From a virus (lineage: Duplodnaviria; Caudoviricetes): 64,000 nucleotides of DNA. Numbering within the stretch: position 1 is the stretch's first letter; every line of letters begins with the position of its first letter. This document shows, piece after piece, positions 38,232 to 48,536 of the stretch. The translations under genes and the position numbers were made by a program. The stretch is taken from the IMG/VR virus record IMGVR_UViG_3300021400_000131, positions 12,648 through 76,647 of that record; one strand, 5' to 3'. Below the pieces are notes generated by a model. It did not search any database. It was not told where the DNA came from and saw nothing but the letters and a program-made list of their open reading frames with translations.

Positions 38232-39162
38232 ATGTCTAAAGCCTATCGTGTCACGTTCTTTGATAAGAACTACATTCGCCCCAACATTGAGCTGGTAGTC
38301 TATGCCACAGCTAAGTACCTCGCTGTGGATGCCGCTCGTGAACAGCTGCACGACATTGCCAGCCAGCGCATTGAGTACATTACCAATGGCATGGCTGGCA
38401 CTATGCGTGAGGTGACCAACCACAAGGGTGAGGTCCAGCGCTGCCGTGTGCTGGAAGTCTCCCCTGAGTATTACAACATCCTTGTGGATGAATGCTGGGG
38501 CATCGCTGAGGTCATGCAAATTGAGGGTGTCGCTAAGGGCGTCTCTTCTGAATCCACAGTCGCTAAGGCTGAGGAAGCCCTGCGCAAGAATCATGACAAC
38601 TGTGAACGTGAGAACGCGGGAGATTCATGTGTGACCCGTCGCAAGAAGCGCTGGACAAAAGCTCAAAAACGTGCCGCCAATGCCGCTCGTGAACAGGCCG
38701 CTAAGCTCTCTCTTGTCGCATAAGTTAGTCGATGGGCATACTGGTGGAACTACGCTACCAGTATGCCCATCGAAACCAGAACCATCTTCTCGTTGCGTGA
38801 ATTTGGCAAAGAGCAGAATCAATCACAATTCTGCTATTTGCTGGTATTCAGGCAACCAACAAGGTTAGGAGACAATTATGCTTAAAACCAGTGCCGCCAC
38901 GGACACTCTCGGTGTTGATGTGTCTTATGACGGGTGTGATTTCTTTATCACTCCTTATGACACAGACGTAATCGCTGTAATGTGCAAGCGTCATGGTGAG
39001 TGGGACTTCTATGACAGGAAGCCCTACAAGACCTTTGCAGAAGCCTGTGAAGCCATCTTCTACGGTACGATTCTCGTTGACCGCGCTGAGCGTGGGCACA
39101 TTAACATTGACATGTTCGGCAATTATACCGGGCTTACGCCCCTCACCTATTACGAGTCGTGA
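38232..39162 (+). other. Two hypothetical early genes (38232-38723, 38878-39162)
   Basis: Strong RBSs; separated by a 19-bp-stem hairpin at 38729-38773. Confidence 0.7.
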
Positions 39163-39210
39163 GAGGCTTCTAAGCTTGTATAATCCTTCTAGTCGATTGA
39201 AGGGAGGAAT

Positions 39211-39438
39211 ATGCGAGCTGACAAGGTACTACGTGAGATTATAAGCAAAGAAGGTCTGTCTGCTACCGAAGTTTCAAAACGAATCGGTAAAACTAGGCAA
39301 TACATGACTACTTTGTTCTCACATCATCGTATCCCACAAGCTGATACGATGGCGCGAATTTGTGACGTCGTGGGATACGATTTGCTGGTACGTTCTCGTG
39401 ATGATGGTTACGAAATAACTATCGACCCTCCCGAGTAG
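39211..39438 (+). CDS. Small XRE HTH regulator (moron-like)
   Basis: EGLSATEVSKRIGKTRQYMTTLF; own TATAAT (39179) and downstream terminator (~39465-39495). Confidence 0.75.
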   Translation: MRADKVLREIISKEGLSATEVSKRIGKTRQYMTTLFSHHRIPQADTMARICDVVGYDLLVRSRDDGYEITIDPPE

Positions 39439-39515
39439 ATCGCCCACAACAATTCTGTACCTAAAGCCCCTGGCCTAACGCTAGGGGCTTTTTCTATCTC
39501 AAGGAAGGAGTAGCC

Positions 39516-40634
39516 ATGTGCAGCTACACTAACGCCGAAATCCTCAATGAGCTTGAGGGCATGCATCGCCATGACGAGCTTGAAAGCAAGCTCGCAAATC
39601 TCATGGATGACTACTTTGCCATCGACGAGGAAGAGCGGGCGTATTACGCCCTCTCCGAGTGGTGGTGCGAGTTTGGGCACTACATGCCCGAGAACACCAC
39701 CATCAGTATCGAGTGGCGTGATTGGGGCAAAGAGCGTGAAGCTCTTGCGAAGCAAATTGACCAAGTGGAGAACGAGCTGGTGTTCTTCTAGGTCAAACGA
39801 TGCCGAGCCGGGCGGCTAATCCCGGCATGTGTTAGGGGCTGGACTCTGCAACGAGTCTGGCCCCTATTGCATAGGGCAAACAAACGAAGAAAGGAGTAGC
39901 CATGTGCAAGAACTACCGAATCCAGAATCAGGTTATCGAGGAAGCGAAGCAGGACACCCCCGAGGTGTACGCCCTCTTCGAGCAGGGGGACAACCTTGTA
40001 GGGCTGGTGAAGGTGCTTAATCGCACCCTCGCCATGTTCTACAACGTCCACAGGTACGGCGACACCGAGCTGTACGCCCACACGAGCACCGAGGGCGTGA
40101 GCTTCAAGCTCATCAAGCGTGTGTTCGGGGTCGATGACCCCATGCTGCGCGGCATGTACCGAGTCGTGCCCTGCTAGTGCTCTCCCCTTTTTTACCCTGC
40201 CATATCAAAAGTTGAACCAATAAACGAACCGAGCGGGTAGCTAGGTGACCGAGTGAAGGCCCTAGTCCGGCAGGTGTAGGTGAGGTTCAACTTTCTACGA
40301 GAAACGAGCCACAAATGCAGCAAATGTTTGAGTTTCTTCAAGTCCTGAACAGCCCTTGGATGCGTGAGTGCTTCCCACTGTGGGCTGCATTGTTCGTCAT
40401 AGTCGGGGTGTACATCAAGCATCACCCCGAACTCTAGTCACCAGTAACGAGCCAGAAGGCTCGAATCGAAAGGAGAACGTCATGTCCAAGTACGCCATCA
40501 ACAAGGTCGCAGACGAGCGCGGCATTGCCCGCAGCACCGCCATGCTCATCTGGGAAGCCACGCAGGACGTGGCCGAGTTCATCGCTGCTATCGAGGACTA
40601 CGCCGCGGGTCGCGGCTTCGTCCTCGCCTACTAG
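39516..40634 (+). other. Small hypothetical genes (39516-39791, 39902-40177, 40482-40634) and a possible 40-aa hydrophobic peptide (40315-40437)
   Basis: RBS AAGGAG before three ORFs; the peptide has a weak RBS. Confidence 0.6.
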
Positions 40635-40646
40635 GAAGGAATCATC

Positions 40647-41516
40647 ATGACCATCATCGAGCAGCCGCAGATTGCCAACTTCCCGACCGATGGGTTCGAC
40701 CCCATCGACGCCCCCAAGCCCACCGAGTCCAACGCCACCAAGCCCACGAACAAGAAGGGTAACAAGACCATGACCAAGAAGAACGCCACCAAGACCAACA
40801 CCACCAAGAACGCCAACGCAAAGAAGGAGAACGCCACCATGCCCAAGACCAACGCCGCCGCCAACGAGTCCGCCGCCACCCCCAAGCCCAAGAGCGCCTA
40901 CACCGAGCGCAAGGAGTACGCTGCCGCCCTGCGTGCTCAGTATGCCGACGAGATCGCCGACACCGAGCCGCTGGCTGGTGTCACGTCCTGCCTCCCCGGC
41001 AAGACCATCGCCAACCTCACCGATGACCCCAACGAGCAGGACTTCCTGGCCCGCGCCGCCGCCTACTTCGACGCTGGCACCGCCTTCTGCACCGAGTCGC
41101 AGGCCAAGAAGTTTGGCGGCACCCTCGCCGACCCCGAGCACGTGGCTGGCATCCTCGTGAACTGGAAGCCCAAGACCACCAAGGCTGGCGTGACGAGCAC
41201 GTGGCAGGCGGTCGTGTATCCCGTCGATGCCTTCGAGTGGGAGAACGGCACTCCAACCTTTGACGAGCAGCTTGACGCCGAGCGCAAGGCCCGCCGCGCC
41301 AAGCGTGCCGCCAAGCGTGCCGCCGACGCCCTGAAGGAAGCAAACGAGAAGGCTGGCATCCCCAACAAGCCCAAGCGCCGCACTGCCAAGGCTACGACCA
41401 AGCCCGCAGCCGCCGCACCGAGCGCCGACGTGGCCGCGATGACCGAAACGATGAACGCCCTCATGCAGCAGAATGCCCAGCTCATCGCTGCGCTGACCGC
41501 TGCCCTCGCCAAGTAG
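40647..41516 (+). CDS. ArdC-N-like ssDNA-binding domain flanked by Lys/Ala-rich tails
   Basis: FCTESQAKKFGG...GILVNW...VVYPVDAFEW resembles ArdC-N TxxQAxxxGG...I.W...Y.V; strongly biased codon usage. Confidence 0.45.
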   Translation: MTIIEQPQIANFPTDGFDPIDAPKPTESNATKPTNKKGNKTMTKKNATKTNTTKNANAKKENATMPKTNAAANESAATPKPKSAYTERKEYAAALRAQYADEIADTEPLAGVTSCLPGKTIANLTDDPNEQDFLARAAAYFDAGTAFCTESQAKKFGGTLADPEHVAGILVNWKPKTTKAGVTSTWQAVVYPVDAFEWENGTPTFDEQLDAERKARRAKRAAKRAADALKEANEKAGIPNKPKRRTAKATTKPAAAAPSADVAAMTETMNALMQQNAQLIAALTAALAK

Positions 41517-41613
41517 TCACCTAGCTGCGCCTACAACCTGCCCTCTAGTGACGAGCTAGAGGGTGGGCATGTGGGCACATCCGCCCACAAACGAGCTTGA
41601 AAAGGAGAGCCAA

Positions 41614-42702
41614 ATGAACAACTTTATCTTTCTGGGTCACATTGAACCCGCGCCTACCCCCAAGTCCTTCTTCATCCCTGCGAAGAACTACAACAACGGC
41701 CATGGAATAACCGCTTGGGGCTGCAAGTGTCCCGAGTGTGGGGCTTACCACGAGTTCACCTTCGGCAACAGGTGGAACTTCTGCCCCGCATGTGGCTGTG
41801 ATGCCACCGAGAAGAAGTACGAGTGCCGGATTCAGTAAGGAGCGAACACCATGTCTTATAAGCGTTGGCAGAAGCGCAAGGCACCACGAGTTCACCGCTC
41901 GATGGTTGAATGCGAGCGCTTCGGCGATACCGTCTCATTCCGCAAGCTGCACAGCAACGACTGGGACTTTTGGTGGAAGGAAGAGTGGGACCACTCAATC
42001 AGGAATCGCTGCTGGAAGAACCAGCGCAAGACCAAGCACCAGTACAAGCGCACCGCCTACATCGACCTCTACGAGCCGTACCCGCACGACGAGTGCGGCC
42101 TTGTCATCACTGACGAGCAGATCGACCAGCTCTACGAGCTGTTTACCACCTACGACCTCGCCGCCTTCGGCGTCACCCTCTAGGAAAGGAGTACCACCGT
42201 GCAAACCAACCAGCAGCTTGACCCCATCACCCACCCCAAGCGCCGCCCGAGGATAACGCAGAACTGGAAGCACCGCACGAAGCGCTGCCACCAGTACCAC
42301 CGCACACCGAGCATTACGCTCCATCCTGGCTATGCGTGGATGGATAACGAGGGGACGTTCATTGTCCCCTTCGACGAGGAAATCACCTACTAGGAAGGAC
42401 GAGCCACCATGAGCAAGTACCACGGCATCATCGAGCACCCCTACGGGATGGACTACATCCAAGCCCGTGCGATGGTCAACAGCTACAACGAGCACGTCGA
42501 CGCCACCGACCGCTGCGCCGAGTGGGCGTACACCTCTGATAGTGCCTTCGACCAGCGTGTGTATGGCCGTCTCGCCGAGGAGTACATGGACATGAGCGGG
42601 CAGGAGCTTTGCACGCTCCTCCATTACGGGTGGGACTACGTGACCATCGATGATTGGGGTCACATCGCCCTGAAGAACGAGCAGATGGCACTTGCCGTCT
42701 AG
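41614..42702 (+). other. Small hypothetical genes (41614-41838 Zn-finger, 41851-42183, 42199-42393, 42409-42702)
   Basis: Tandem ORFs with AAGGAG/AGGAC RBSs. Confidence 0.7.
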
Positions 42703-42722
42703 AAGAGAGAGGAAAGCGAATC

Positions 42723-43388
42723 ATGGAATGGGTCACGAAATACACCGAGGTTCACCCCGATGCCGTCATGGTGACGGCACGAGCACTTGCCGCCGCTGGC
42801 ACCTTCACCGCCAAGGAGACGTACAAGTACGCCATTGGCGGCGTCCACATCAAGAGTGGTGCGGTCACGACCCTCACCGCCACCGACAGCTACAAGCTGG
42901 TGCAGGTGACGAGCCGCAGGGCGTCCGGCCACACCAACCCCAACGACGAGTTTGTGCTTGACTGGCAAGGATTGAAGGCCACGAAGATGCTCACGCCACG
43001 ACCGAAGGCGAGCATGTGGGTGGCTATTCACCGCTCACCTGCCAACAACGACCTGAACCTCGTGTTCCTAGAGGAGAAGGGCGAGGGCCAATACACCGAG
43101 CGCGGCAGGGCCACGGTGAAGGCGCTGGATGCCAACTTCCCGAGCGTCGAGCCGCTGTTCAAGGGCAAGGCTGAGTACGCAAAGGGTGAGCAGTCCAACG
43201 CTGGCCCCTACCTCAACACCAGCTACCTCATCGACCTGTTCAAGGCTATCGAGTTGGCGGTGAGCGCCGATGGCGCAGCCGCAACGAGCTTCATCCACGG
43301 TCCCAACTGGAACCAGCCCATGTTCTTCGAGGCCGAGAACAAGAGTGGTGAGGCCGTCACCGCCATCTGCATGCCCATCCGTCACTAG
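42723..43388 (+). CDS. Truncated DNA polymerase III beta-clamp-like protein (domains II-III)
   Basis: GGVHI...LTATDSYKL, DANFPSVEPLF, YLNTSYLIDLF, QPMFF...ICMPIR match DnaN domain II/III motifs. Confidence 0.75.
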   Translation: MEWVTKYTEVHPDAVMVTARALAAAGTFTAKETYKYAIGGVHIKSGAVTTLTATDSYKLVQVTSRRASGHTNPNDEFVLDWQGLKATKMLTPRPKASMWVAIHRSPANNDLNLVFLEEKGEGQYTERGRATVKALDANFPSVEPLFKGKAEYAKGEQSNAGPYLNTSYLIDLFKAIELAVSADGAAATSFIHGPNWNQPMFFEAENKSGEAVTAICMPIRH

Positions 43389-43406
43389 CAGAGAGGACAA
43401 CGAAAA

Positions 43407-43508
43407 ATGAACGTCACTCGCAGGGGATTCATCAAGCTCTTCGCAATCGGGTTCGTCAGCGCACTGGCTGGCGAGCTTGACGCATCCGACGATGACGGTG
43501 GTGGCTAG
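43407..43508 (+). CDS. 33-aa twin-arginine (Tat) signal microprotein
   Basis: MNVTRRGFIKLFAIGFVSALAGELDASDDDGGG*; RBS AGAGAGGACAACGAA. Confidence 0.7.
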   Translation: MNVTRRGFIKLFAIGFVSALAGELDASDDDGGG

Positions 43509-43555
43509 CTGGCTCCACCGCACCGCAATGACCAACGAGAGAAAGGACAACGAAA

Positions 43556-44685
43556 GTGGGCTACTACAGCGACATTCGATTCAACACCACCGCAGCGGGC
43601 TACAAGGAGTTCCTTGCAGCCCTGCCCGACGAGTTCAAGGACCCCACCAAGTGGGGCCTCTTCGACAAGCATGGCAACCCCGAGGTGTTCGAGGAGTACG
43701 ACGGCGGCGTGATGTTCGGGTGGGATGGCGTCAAGTGGTACACCGATTGGGGCACCTACCTCTACGGCAACAACCCCTTCGCCGACGTGCAGGCCGTGAT
43801 GGCGGCTTTCAACGAGGTGTTGGACAACGGCGTGCCCATCGAGTACATCCGCGTCGGAGAGGAAACGGGTGACATCGAATACGGTGGCGACATCCACTAC
43901 GCCAGCACCGAAGGGCCTACCTGCTACCTTGGCACGTCCACGACAATCGAGCTGTACTAGGAGGGAGCAAGCATGAGAGTCAAGCCAATCGAAGAGTTTG
44001 ACTACGAGGGCCAGCACTACAAGTACGTGACCTTCGAGTTCAACACGCCGTCGACCCACGAGGCCACGGTGTGGCTGGACGAGGACAACGAGCCAACGGG
44101 CGGCGAGGAGATCGCCTACGGTTCGTGGAACACGTTCGACAAGCAGGAAGTCGGCGAGTACCTGCACCACTACGGCATCGACTTCGGCGAGGTGCTGCAA
44201 CGAGCGGTTGCAGCATAGCACCGACAACGAACCACGGAACCAAGCGGCCATCCACAAGGGGTGGCCGCAACTCATTAGAGAGGAAGCACGACATGCTCAA
44301 CGAGTACACCCGCACCTACATCGTCAACGGCGACTTCAACAACAGCGGCGTCAACCGCATCGACGTGAGCATCGACTACCGAAAGGGCGGCATGAGCTAC
44401 TGGGACGGCGGGATGCGCCCCCGTGGCTACTACTTCAGCATCAGCCCCTACAAGCTGGTCGACCACGGCTACTGCACGAGCCGCGAGGTGATGATTGGCG
44501 TCCACGGCAGCGGCTCCGCCGACTGCATCCTACCCTGCGAGCGCCAGTCCAAGAAGCGCTTCGAGACGGCGTGCGGCATGGTGGACGAACTCACCGACAA
44601 AATCCTGCCTGCCTTCCTTGCCAAGCACGGCATCGAGCTTGAGAGCAACGAGTACACCGAGAAGTGGGACGAGCGCCGGGTCTAG
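43556..44685 (+). other. Hypothetical acidic/aromatic genes (43556-43960, 43973-44218, 44293-44685)
   Basis: Strong RBSs, high GC3. Confidence 0.75.
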
Positions 44686-44757
44686 TGGCGAACGGCCACC
44701 TGTGAGGACTCACAAGGACGAGAGACACATCAGGGAACAAGAGAGAGGACAACGAAA

Positions 44758-45060
44758 ATGCAGAAGCTCATGACCAAGGCAATTGAGAAGAAGGCACCCC
44801 GTCTCTACGAGCAGGAGGACAAAGGCGGCGACGCCATCGTGTACGCCCACTTCTTCTCCTGCTTCAGCAATTGGGACTGGTACATGACGGAGTACGACCC
44901 CGAGAGCCGCCTGTGCTTCGGTCTGGTGAAGGGCTTCGCCACCGAGTACGGGTACTTCTCCATCGACGAGATGGAGGGCATCAACCGCAGCAAGGGCTTC
45001 AACATCATCGAGCGTGACCTGTACTGGGAGCCGTGCACGGTTGGCTCCCTGATTGACTAG
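44758..45060 (+). CDS. DUF2958-like protein
   Basis: AHFFSCFSNWDWYMTEYD...CFGLVKGFATEYGYFSIDE...IERDLYWEP. Confidence 0.8.
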   Translation: MQKLMTKAIEKKAPRLYEQEDKGGDAIVYAHFFSCFSNWDWYMTEYDPESRLCFGLVKGFATEYGYFSIDEMEGINRSKGFNIIERDLYWEPCTVGSLID

Positions 45061-45598
45061 CGACGGCAGGAGGAAGCGAGCATGAAGCACAGTATGGAGG
45101 AAGTTCGCATCGACCTCAACAACTGCAACCGTTGCCTTGCACGGCTTGGCATCGACCGCAGGCTGCGCATCGAGGCGATAAGGGACGGCGGGACGGCAGG
45201 CTCCCGCCGCCTTGTGTGGAGCGACAACCACATCGTGAGCAACCGCTGCAAGCAGGGCGAGCTGTACAAGGTGGTGAGCACCTTGAAAGAGGTGCTTGAG
45301 GACATCACCAACGAAATCGAGGAGTACGGAGTGTGAGCACATGGAAGTGAACGGCATCCGCATGACCTACGAGCGACGGTGGAGCTTGCTGAATGGCAAG
45401 ATTTTTATGGTGGACTTCACCCTCAACGACCCCACGGGACGCCTTAACTACGCAAGCGTGAGCAAGCGTGCCAACAGGCCGTTCCGTGTGAGCGTTGGAT
45501 GGAAGCCTTCGCCAAGCCACCACTACGTCATCGGCGACTACGAGACGGCAGCGCAAGCACTCAACCGCATCATCGAGTACATCGGGAGGTAACGAACT

Positions 45599-46318
45599 AT
45601 GGCACGAGAGCAGATTATCGACCGCATCAAGAAGCTCCTCGCCCTTGCGAAGGACAACGCAAGCGCAGCGGAGGCCACCGCAGCCGCGCTCAAGGCGCAG
45701 AAGCTCATCGCCGAGCACGACGTGAGCAAGGACGAAATCTACGGCGAGGAGCCGGAGGAAATCGACGAGACGCAGAGCTTCGACATTCACGGCAAGCCGT
45801 GGGCAACCTACCTTGCCCGCGCCATCGCCGACAACTTCCGCTGCAAGCACTACTTCTGCGACACGACCAGCCAGAACTACTGGACGCGCCGCAAGAGCGT
45901 GACTGGACGCAAGGTGGTGTTCGTCGGCTACGAAACAGACGCGGAAGCCGCCCGCGTCACCTTCGAGCGACTGTACGAGATCGGCGAGAAGCTTGCTGAC
46001 GCCGAGTGCCGCAGGGCCAAGCGCCTGTATGGCACGACGAGGGGCATGCGCAACAGCTTCCTCGTCGGCGACAACCGCACGTCGGGGTTCGTCGCTGGCA
46101 TCCGCAGCGAGCTTGAGAAGCAGTCACACGAGCTGATGCTTGTGCGACCGAAGTCCGTGGATGACTACTACACCGAAATCAGCAGCGGGTTCGGCACCAT
46201 GCGCAGCAACCTGCGCAGCCAGGGGTACAGCAGTGCGGCGGCGAGCCGTGGCTACGACGCAGGACGAGACTCGCTGAGGAGCGCCCGCATGGGCGGTCAG
46301 CTGGCACTTGAGGGTTAG
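45599..46318 (+). CDS. DUF2786 domain protein
   Basis: IIDRIKKLLALA...EATAAALKAQKLIAEH N-terminal motif. Confidence 0.85.
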   Translation: MAREQIIDRIKKLLALAKDNASAAEATAAALKAQKLIAEHDVSKDEIYGEEPEEIDETQSFDIHGKPWATYLARAIADNFRCKHYFCDTTSQNYWTRRKSVTGRKVVFVGYETDAEAARVTFERLYEIGEKLADAECRRAKRLYGTTRGMRNSFLVGDNRTSGFVAGIRSELEKQSHELMLVRPKSVDDYYTEISSGFGTMRSNLRSQGYSSAAASRGYDAGRDSLRSARMGGQLALEG

Positions 46319-46333
46319 AAAGAAGGAGCAAGC

Positions 46334-47741
46334 GTGGCAGACAAGGGCAAGTACGAGATTCGCTGGTGCTGGAACGGGAGCAAGCGCCAGGTGGCCTTCG
46401 TCGACCGCTTCGACACCGAGGAAGAGTGGCACGACGTCATCTGGAACCAGCCATACGACATCATCGACGAGACGGACACCGTGTGCTTCATCGACTACGG
46501 TGACAACGACGATTAAGGGGGCAGCGAGTGAAGTACGTGGTCAGCAAGGACGAGAAGAGCGGGCTTTGGTACGTCCACATGGACGGCTTCGCCTACATCC
46601 CCGTGTTTGGCTCGTTCCGCAAGAGCAAGCGAGCGGCACAGGCAATCGCACGAGAGAGGAACAAGTGGCAATGATTGTGCGAATCAAGGTCGAGGAGTTC
46701 TACGAGGTCGAGGTGGACGATGACAACATGACGGACGCCAAGCAGACCATCGAGACGGAGATGGGTGACGGCGTGCGCTGGTACTTGGACAACTGCACCG
46801 ACTACGTGGGACGCTACATCTTCTGCGAGAACGCAGAGAACCACATTGGCCTGCACAACTACGAGCAGGTGGATGCAGAGTAGGAAGGAGATGGCATGAC
46901 ACTTGGACAGTTGCTTGACAGCATGACCGTCTACGGCCCCGTGGGGCTGTGGCGGGGCGCGATTTTCGGCAACGCCGCAGCGCCCGAGGTGTGGTACGAA
47001 AATCCGGCAGACATTGCGACGTGCGACCCGAAGCTCCTAAAGCTTGAAGTTGTCGGCGTCTGCGTCGCCGCAGGCGAGTTCACCGACTACGACGATAACG
47101 TGCTGCTTGAGATTGGCCTTGAGTGGGACGGCTTCGAGAATGACGAAGAGATGTGGGAGGGCGCACGATGATTGCGACGCAGGGAAAGACGTCACTGACC
47201 AGCGAGCAGGTTCGGGAGCTGATTCCGGGCCTGCTCTTTTGCAAGGATTGCGAGCAGTGGACACCGCACTATGGCGAGTGCAAGGAAGAGGGCTACTGCA
47301 ACTTTGGCCTTGGCTCTGCGTGTGCTGATGACTTCTGCTCGCAGGGAATACCGAAACGCCGCAACACATGGGGCGACGTCAAGCGCTGGCTGGACAAGCT
47401 CACAGACGAAGAGCTGAACCTAACCGCCTACGTCTACCTCACCAACAGCAAGCAGTGGGACGGAGCGCACGAGATCACGGGGATTACCCCGTGGGACAGC
47501 AGCCGACCCGTGGTGCGGCAGGACAACGAGCTGGCATTCGACATTGAGGAGTAACGACATGACCAAGGCACAGGCAAACAAGATTCTTAACTTCATTCGT
47601 CACCACTACGACATGGTGGGACAGGAGGAGTACTTCGACCTCTGCGACATGCTCTTCGACATCATCGAGCACGACGCGAACGCCGGACGCTATGCGGCGG
47701 CGCTCGCCAAGGACAACCCGGACTTCTTCGAGATGAAGTGA
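46334..47741 (+). other. Run of tiny hypothetical genes (46334, 46529, 46672, 46896, 47168, 47559 starts)
   Basis: Abutting ORFs, many with overlapping stop/start. Confidence 0.65.
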
Positions 47742-47802
47742 GATTATGTCGTGTCATAGTGAGACAATAGCGACGGCGTGTGAGTAGGAGAGAGGAACGA
47801 CA

Positions 47803-48441
47803 ATGCTGAACATTTTCACCGACAACTGGGACAATCCACCAATCCTCAACGAGGATGAGAGTGTGTACCGCATCTACACCAGCAACCACAATGATGTACT
47901 TTACGCCATCACTGACCTCACGGGGGACGAACTTGATGACGAGGTGCGGTTCGCATTGCGCCACACGTTCGGCGATGCCGTGAAGCTCGTTGACCTTGAG
48001 GACGTGTCGTGCATCATCTACGAGGAAGCGGAAGCAAAAGAGAATGCCCGCAAGGATGCCGACGAGAGCTGGGACGGCGAGGGCTACTACCTCATCGGCT
48101 GGTCTGATGGCGGCATGGACTGGACCAACAACGGCCCGGTCTGGTTCGACCGCAAGGACGATTTGGCCGACGAGCTTGAAGCCGCTTACGCTGACAACAC
48201 AGATACTCATCTGCCCTACGCCGAGAAGGTTGTCGTGTTCGGCAACTACGATGATGGCGGCTTCGATGCGATGTTCGGCAAGTTCAAGGAGGACTACGAC
48301 ATTGAGGGTGTCATTGAAGCCATCGACGAGGCAACGCGACCAACGGCTGACGGCAAGAACCGCTATTGGGTCGGCCTGACCACGCCCGAAGAGGGGCAGG
48401 AAGAGCTGAACAAGATTCTTGAGGAAAACCTCAAGAAGTAG
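47803..48441 (+). CDS. Strongly acidic 212-aa protein (DNA-mimic candidate)
   Basis: D/E-rich throughout, few basic residues; own RBS and downstream UUCG terminator (48474-48503). Confidence 0.6.
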   Translation: MLNIFTDNWDNPPILNEDESVYRIYTSNHNDVLYAITDLTGDELDDEVRFALRHTFGDAVKLVDLEDVSCIIYEEAEAKENARKDADESWDGEGYYLIGWSDGGMDWTNNGPVWFDRKDDLADELEAAYADNTDTHLPYAEKVVVFGNYDDGGFDAMFGKFKEDYDIEGVIEAIDEATRPTADGKNRYWVGLTTPEEGQEELNKILEENLKK

Positions 48442-48536
48442 CTCACATTTGACAACTGACAGCGCACGGCAATGCGGCCCACTTGCTTCGGCAAGCGGGT
48501 CGTTTGCTTTGCACTGGCAGCGAGAAAGGAGCCGAC

